Source: Bacteroidia bacterium
Lineage (GTDB): Bacteria > Bacteroidota > Bacteroidia > NS11-12g > UBA9320
Direction: 5' to 3'
DNA length: 64,000 bases
Assembly (NCBI GenBank): GCA_018402155.1
Contig: JAGYJG010000001.1
Location: 506,198-570,197 of the forward strand
The notes under the pieces are model-generated. The model saw only the letters and a program-made list of their open reading frames with translations, did no database searches and was not told the origin of the DNA. The position numbers and the translations under genes were made by a program. Positions 59,891 through 64,000 of this stretch are shown here, piece by piece. Each line of letters opens with the position of its first letter. Positions within the stretch are counted from its first letter, which is position 1.

Positions 59891-59913
59891 GAAGTAAAAT
59901 TATATATAGGCCG

Positions 59914-60762
59914 TCAGCTATATTTTTTTAATGTTTCGAGTAATCGGGGCCCATACCACGAGTAGAGTTTGCCATCTACCAAACTTATTTTGCATTTAGG
60001 AAGCAGTTTCTGGAGCTCTGAGATATGATTCTCGCCAAAAGGAAAAGGCTCAGATGAAAGAAGAATGTTGTCCGGATTTAGATGTTTAATCTGTTCTATG
60101 CTGAGTTCTGGGTATCTAGTATTTTTTTGTTTGAGTGCATTTTGGAAACCAATTTTTTTTAGAACACTATGTATAAATGTATGGCAGCCAGAGGCCATAT
60201 AGGGATTATACCAGATAAGATAAAGTACAGTTCCAAGAGATACTGAGTTTAATTTTGAAAAACCATTGGAGATTTTATTTGCCAATAGATTTGCCTTTTT
60301 TTCTTTGTTTATAAGGTTACCTATACTCTTTATCATTTCTACGGCGTCTTCTATAGTGTATATATCACTAAGCCAAACTGGGAACTCGCTCCTAAGTTGC
60401 TGAATTTGTTTCTGGTCGTTTTCTTCTTTGTTACCAATGATGAGGTCGGGTTGCAAATCTCGTATCTTTTGAAGTCTAAGTTTTTTAGTGCCACCTATTT
60501 TAGTAGACCCATTGAATTTAGAGGATGGATGTAAACAAAAAATGGTTTGTCCTATGGGTACGATATCCAAATAGTAAAGTAGCTCCGTTTGCGATGGTAC
60601 TATTGAAATAATACGTATCGGAGGTCTAGTAAGGGTAATCTTGTATCCCGTTTGATCAATATAGTTCATAGTACTATAAGTAATGGTATATTTGCCAAAA
60701 ATAAAGAATTTGAACGGCACAAAGACCAACTTATTTTTCTGTTTGTCACTTATTTTTACCAC
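59914..60762 (-). CDS. BtuF/FhuD-like periplasmic binding protein fold (class III 'ABC transporter substrate-binding' family), orphan
   Basis: 282 aa as called (GTG start). An alternative ATG at ~60669 would remove the 80-nt overlap with the divergent lectin gene. No permease or ATPase partner adjacent. Confidence 0.5.
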   Translation of the reverse strand: MVKISDKQKNKLVFVPFKFFIFGKYTITYSTMNYIDQTGYKITLTRPPIRIISIVPSQTELLYYLDIVPIGQTIFCLHPSSKFNGSTKIGGTKKLRLQKIRDLQPDLIIGNKEENDQKQIQQLRSEFPVWLSDIYTIEDAVEMIKSIGNLINKEKKANLLANKISNGFSKLNSVSLGTVLYLIWYNPYMASGCHTFIHSVLKKIGFQNALKQKNTRYPELSIEQIKHLNPDNILLSSEPFPFGENHISELQKLLPKCKISLVDGKLYSWYGPRLLETLKKYS

Positions 60763-62752
60763 TTCGGTATTTGGCCAAAGCTATTTTACCAATGGAGATG
60801 CAAGAGCGTTAGCGGGATCTTGCTATGAACTAACTGCAGCTAGAAACTGGCAACTAGGCTCGGTGTGGTATGCAGACAAATTAAATCTATCTAAAGATTT
60901 TGACCTCGAGTTTGAGCTAAATTTTGGCAACAATGATGGAGGTGCGGATGGTATTTTATTTGTAATGCAAACCGTAGGAGTTAGAGCTATTGGCCAGTCT
61001 GGAGGAGGTATTGGATTTGAAGGTTTTTCTCCAAGTTTGGGTATAGAATTCGATACGTGGAGAAACATCGATATGGGAGATATAGTTGCAGACCATATTG
61101 CCATATTGCGCAATGGAAGCGTAAATCATACGAGCACAAATTCTCTTGCAGCTCCAATAGCAGCATTACCCAACGGTGGAAATATAGAGGATGGTTTAAA
61201 TCACTTGGTACGTATCACTTGGCAGGCTGCTACCAATAGCCTGGAAGTATGGTTTGACTGTAGCAAGCGGCATAGTATTACTCTAGACATAAGTAATTCT
61301 ATTTTTGGAGGAGAAAGAGAAGTATTCTGGGGTTTTACATCTGCCACTGGCGGCGCCAATAATAGGCACGTAGCTTGCCTTAGAGACGATATTTTGGTAC
61401 AAGATACTTTTACACTTTGCAAAGGTGATACTATACTATTGAATGCTAAAGAGAGTTTTGATAATAGTTATCTGTGGACACCCTCAGACTTCCTGAACGA
61501 CCCAACTAGTAGAACCCCTGAATGCTTTAGCTTAGAGCCGTTTACCTACTACGTGGAGTATAAAGATCAATGTAATACTATTTTTAGAGATACCGTAGAG
61601 ATACGTATTGATCAACCATTTACTATGGATGAAGGAAAAGATACTTTACTATGTAATGGTAGTTTATATTCTTTTGATCTCAGAAATGAGTATGACAGTA
61701 TCCGCTGGAACGACGGCTCAGTAAACCCGCTAAAATCTTGGCGCGATCCTGGTCTGTATACTCTTCGTGCTTGGAAAGGAGTGTGTTTTGATAATGACAC
61801 ATTTTCTATACGTACAGATGTTTCTCCATCCGTTTCTATCTCTGGGGATTCTATATTTTGCGAAGATAAACAAACAGAAATACGGGCAGATTTGAACCCA
61901 ACTTCTGTATCATTTCAGTGGCAAGACGGCTTGGCTCAAAATCCTCGTATTTTTGATGAAAGCAATATCATCAGTGCTACTGTTCAAAATGAATGTGGTA
62001 TGGCGGAAGATTCGTATCGTATTAGAGAAATTTTACTTCCGAAGCTCTTTTTGGGAAGAGACTCTGCTTTTTGTGAGGGAGATACTATACTACTGGAAGC
62101 GCCCGGGCAATCTAATTTAGTGTATCAGTGGAATACAGGTCAGAATACTCGTTCTATTAAAATTACTGAGCCAGGAGACTATTCACTTGTTATGAGTGAA
62201 GCTGATTTATGTTTTGAGTATGATACGATAACGTTTGCTGGAATACCCTTGCCAGTAATTGGCCTTGTAGAAGACGTATTGCTGTGCAAAAACGAAGAAA
62301 TACTCTTGACTGTAAGCAATGACTTTGGAAGTGTATTCTGGAATAATACCACACAGGGCGATAGTTTTTTACTGAAGAACATCGCAGGCCTAATCTCTGT
62401 AAAATCTGTAAATGAATGTGGAACTGATAGTACTAATCTTTTTGTCAATTTGATAGACTGCTATTGTAGAATTTGGCTGCCAACTGCGATTACCACTAAT
62501 AATGACAACCTCAACGAAACCTTACGCCCTACATTAGATTGCCCAAAGCTGATGGAGTATAACTTAACGGTCTACAATAGGTGGGGCGAAAAACTTTGGC
62601 AGAGCAGTGATACTAATGAGTATTGGGACGCGACATACAATAACCAAGAAGTACAAAGTGGTGTTTATTTTTGGATAGCAAATTGGAGTGGAATTCAAAA
62701 TGGTTTATTAGAGCGGTTTGCTGATAAAGGCATTTTTCACGTTATACACTAA
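60683..62752 (+). CDS. secreted multidomain protein: L-type (legume-like) lectin domain, five tandem ~70-aa Cys-containing modules, T9SS type-B C-terminal sorting domain
   Basis: 689 aa. Signal peptide (LFFCLSLIFTTSVFGQ). Residues ~33-235 match the concanavalin-like L-type lectin pattern (GGGIGF, EFDTW, HIAI...NG). Residues ~241-592 form five repeats that each begin [LF]C.[GDN][DSK]..L and contain ...W..G. The C-terminus 'PTAITTNNDNLNETL...YNRWGEKLW...WDATYNNQEVQSGVYFW' matches the gliding-motility-associated (type-B) T9SS CTD pattern. Confidence 0.7.
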   Translation: MVYLPKIKNLNGTKTNLFFCLSLIFTTSVFGQSYFTNGDARALAGSCYELTAARNWQLGSVWYADKLNLSKDFDLEFELNFGNNDGGADGILFVMQTVGVRAIGQSGGGIGFEGFSPSLGIEFDTWRNIDMGDIVADHIAILRNGSVNHTSTNSLAAPIAALPNGGNIEDGLNHLVRITWQAATNSLEVWFDCSKRHSITLDISNSIFGGEREVFWGFTSATGGANNRHVACLRDDILVQDTFTLCKGDTILLNAKESFDNSYLWTPSDFLNDPTSRTPECFSLEPFTYYVEYKDQCNTIFRDTVEIRIDQPFTMDEGKDTLLCNGSLYSFDLRNEYDSIRWNDGSVNPLKSWRDPGLYTLRAWKGVCFDNDTFSIRTDVSPSVSISGDSIFCEDKQTEIRADLNPTSVSFQWQDGLAQNPRIFDESNIISATVQNECGMAEDSYRIREILLPKLFLGRDSAFCEGDTILLEAPGQSNLVYQWNTGQNTRSIKITEPGDYSLVMSEADLCFEYDTITFAGIPLPVIGLVEDVLLCKNEEILLTVSNDFGSVFWNNTTQGDSFLLKNIAGLISVKSVNECGTDSTNLFVNLIDCYCRIWLPTAITTNNDNLNETLRPTLDCPKLMEYNLTVYNRWGEKLWQSSDTNEYWDATYNNQEVQSGVYFWIANWSGIQNGLLERFADKGIFHVIH

Positions 62753-62919
62753 AACGACAGCGACAGTTTTGCGCTGAGGAATATATTTTATGCATTTATT
62801 CTAGTGAAATCTGCTGCTATTATTTCTCATTTCGTTTTGTTCTACCTCTTAGTTTTATGATTTTCAATCAGTGTATTTTTTTCTAAAGCAGACAAGAATA
62901 GTGAGGTATTTAAAAAAAT

Positions 62920-62950
62920 AGAGGCCTCTCTGAATCTCAGAAAGGCCTCT
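62920..62950. terminator. bidirectional intrinsic terminator (AGAGGCCTCTCTGA-ATC-TCAGAAAGGCCTCT)
   Basis: Extended imperfect inverted repeat with A-runs and T-runs on both sides. It lies between the convergent lectin gene (+) and the small basic ORF (-). Confidence 0.55.
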
Positions 62951-62977
62951 AAAGCATTAATCTATTTATAGTGTTTT

Positions 62978-63208
62978 TTACTCTTGCTCTTCAGTAGGAT
63001 TTTTTTCGGTCTTAGCGGGTTTTGCTTTTGCACTGATAATATCAGTAACATCACCTACAATAACTCCAGATTCAGCTTTGAATGGAGACTCTACGGTTAC
63101 CTTAGTCTTCATTCTTTTGATAGTAGCTACTCTTACTTTAGCTACTGTTTTATTTTTTCGTCCTTTTCTTTCTAATCTTGTTACTCCCATTGCTACAATT
63201 TTTGGCAA
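62978..63208 (-). CDS. small highly basic protein (Lys/Arg/Ala/Thr-rich, histone H1-like tail)
   Basis: 76 aa. KRxK-rich with an 'AKAKPAKTEK' tail. Only 30 nt separate its start from the divergent downstream gene. A real gene is plausible but unverified. Confidence 0.35.
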   Translation of the reverse strand: MPKIVAMGVTRLERKGRKNKTVAKVRVATIKRMKTKVTVESPFKAESGVIVGDVTDIISAKAKPAKTEKNPTEEQE

Positions 63209-63238
63209 AAGTAATACTTTTACAGTTCTTTAAGTCAA

Positions 63239-63823
63239 ATGATAACAAAATTTTTCGACAATGGTATTCCTTCGCTGTTTTTCAATTATGATACAGGCGC
63301 TCCTTTTTCTTCGTGTACCTTCTGCGAAAAAAAATTGACCTCAGAAACTAAGTATGCAGTAGAGAAAATGATAAATCAAAATACTGTAATACAGAGTAGG
63401 GAAATTGTGTATGAATATGCTATGTGCTGGGATTGTGCTTTAACACTAGGTAGCGATATAAGCCAGGAGAGTAAAGCTGCTATACAGCAACTTTACATTG
63501 CGCATGGAGATATACTGATGAGAAAGCTTGATTACTTGCATCGTACAGAGAAGTACAATATCGATAGCTGGCTAGAGCGCTGTTCACTTACAGGTAAAGA
63601 GATAAGAAATTGCGGAGAGTTTTCTGTAAGTGGGATAATTGAGAGCGGAAATTTGGTCTATGAGCAGACACCTATGGTGGTATCTGGAGAGTTTATGCAA
63701 AAACTACACGACGTATTGAGCGAAGAAACAAAAAAAGGGTTTGAGGGGCTAAGGGATAAGATAACAGATGGATCGCCATCAGTAGAAGATTTGGTATATG
63801 GTCCGGTGCCAGGATTATTTTGA
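63239..63823 (+). CDS. hypothetical protein with an N-terminal CxxC...CxxC (zinc-ribbon-like) motif
   Basis: 194 aa. C26-x2-C29 and C63-x2-C66 pairs, acidic C-terminal half. No family recognised. Confidence 0.4.
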   Translation: MITKFFDNGIPSLFFNYDTGAPFSSCTFCEKKLTSETKYAVEKMINQNTVIQSREIVYEYAMCWDCALTLGSDISQESKAAIQQLYIAHGDILMRKLDYLHRTEKYNIDSWLERCSLTGKEIRNCGEFSVSGIIESGNLVYEQTPMVVSGEFMQKLHDVLSEETKKGFEGLRDKITDGSPSVEDLVYGPVPGLF

Positions 63824-63901
63824 TAAGTAAATTCTTATTTGAAAAAGGCTAAGCTTGGTTTACATTAACCTAGACAAATGCTGACATTATAGACAAAAAA
63901 A

Positions 63902-63933
63902 GCCTTGAATCATTAAGATTCAAGGCTTTTTTT
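63902..63933. terminator. bidirectional intrinsic terminator (GCCTTGAATC-ATTAA-GATTCAAGGC)
   Basis: Perfect 10-bp stem preceded by AAAAAAA and followed by TTTTTTT, 78 nt after the stop of the 63239-63823 gene. Confidence 0.65.
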
Positions 63934-64000
63934 GTAGTGAGTTCCTATTATTAATCTACTATTGATATTTTCTTAGAAGCTGATGCATTTCCAGCTTTTA

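Noticed and set aside
63956-64000. Possible 3' end of a minus-strand gene (…KAGNASASKKISIVD*) running off the window
   Set aside because: Only 15 codons are visible, too little to call.
1-64000. CRISPR arrays, transposases, phage or defence islands, toxin-antitoxin pairs
   Set aside because: Not seen. No repeat-spacer periodicity and no recognisable transposase, integrase, Cas, restriction-modification or TA proteins among the ORFs.

Overview
This 64 kb window looks like core chromosome from a low-GC Bacteroidota genome (Flavobacteriia/Cytophagia-like). The evidence is T9SS type-B sorting domains, DUF1573/DUF4199/DUF3276 proteins and Bacteroidetes-style TTG...TAnnTTTG promoters. Gene density is high on both strands and almost all ORFs are recognisable housekeeping genes. 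I saw no transposase, integrase, phage gene, CRISPR array or toxin-antitoxin pair.

Main blocks, in order:
- 2-6375: the 3' end of cysQ, then a six-gene glycan-synthesis locus. It has three GT4 glycosyltransferases, clear PglC and PglD homologues, and an unmistakable GDP-mannose 3,5-epimerase (GME) homologue.
- 6423-15491: proline dehydrogenase, rnhA-folC, exbB-exbD-tonB with an HU/SPOR protein and a porin-like outer membrane protein, and recA.
- 15997-26125 (minus strand): one long cytochrome c oxidase (caa3-type) biogenesis operon, coxII-coxI | ctaA-ctaB-cox3-cox3-cox4-SCO-DUF420. It is extended by an FkbM methyltransferase, a tiny Cys/Met/His membrane peptide and a DUF983 protein.
- 26718-42622: a GT4, dapD, a PyrR-like phosphoribosyltransferase, coaE-yajC-DUF1573-nusB, leucine dehydrogenase, an MsbA-like ABC exporter, a plsC-gatC-ABC-PduO operon and ffh.
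- 42627-53783: pdxH, a thiolase, a glutaryl-CoA dehydrogenase / lipoprotein / phosphohexomutase operon, folB, rseP and an HscB-like protein.
- 53828-53909: a tRNA-Leu(CAA) with a strong terminator.
- 55181-59890: tsaC(sua5) with a sigma-54 activator, glmM, and an RNase P RNA gene (rnpB, minus strand, ~57521-57883). The rnpB gene is invisible in the ORF track and is overlapped by a spurious ORF.
- 59914-63823: a secreted L-type lectin / five-module / T9SS type-B CTD protein, plus a divergent pair of unknowns (a small H1-like basic protein and a Cys-motif protein).

I did not find a convincing, self-contained novel system in this window. The best candidates for follow-up are the GME-containing PglC/PglD glycan locus, the unusual tail of the cox operon, and the lectin-CTD protein. 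Coordinates of small RNA and regulatory features were derived by hand and may be off by 1-2 nt.
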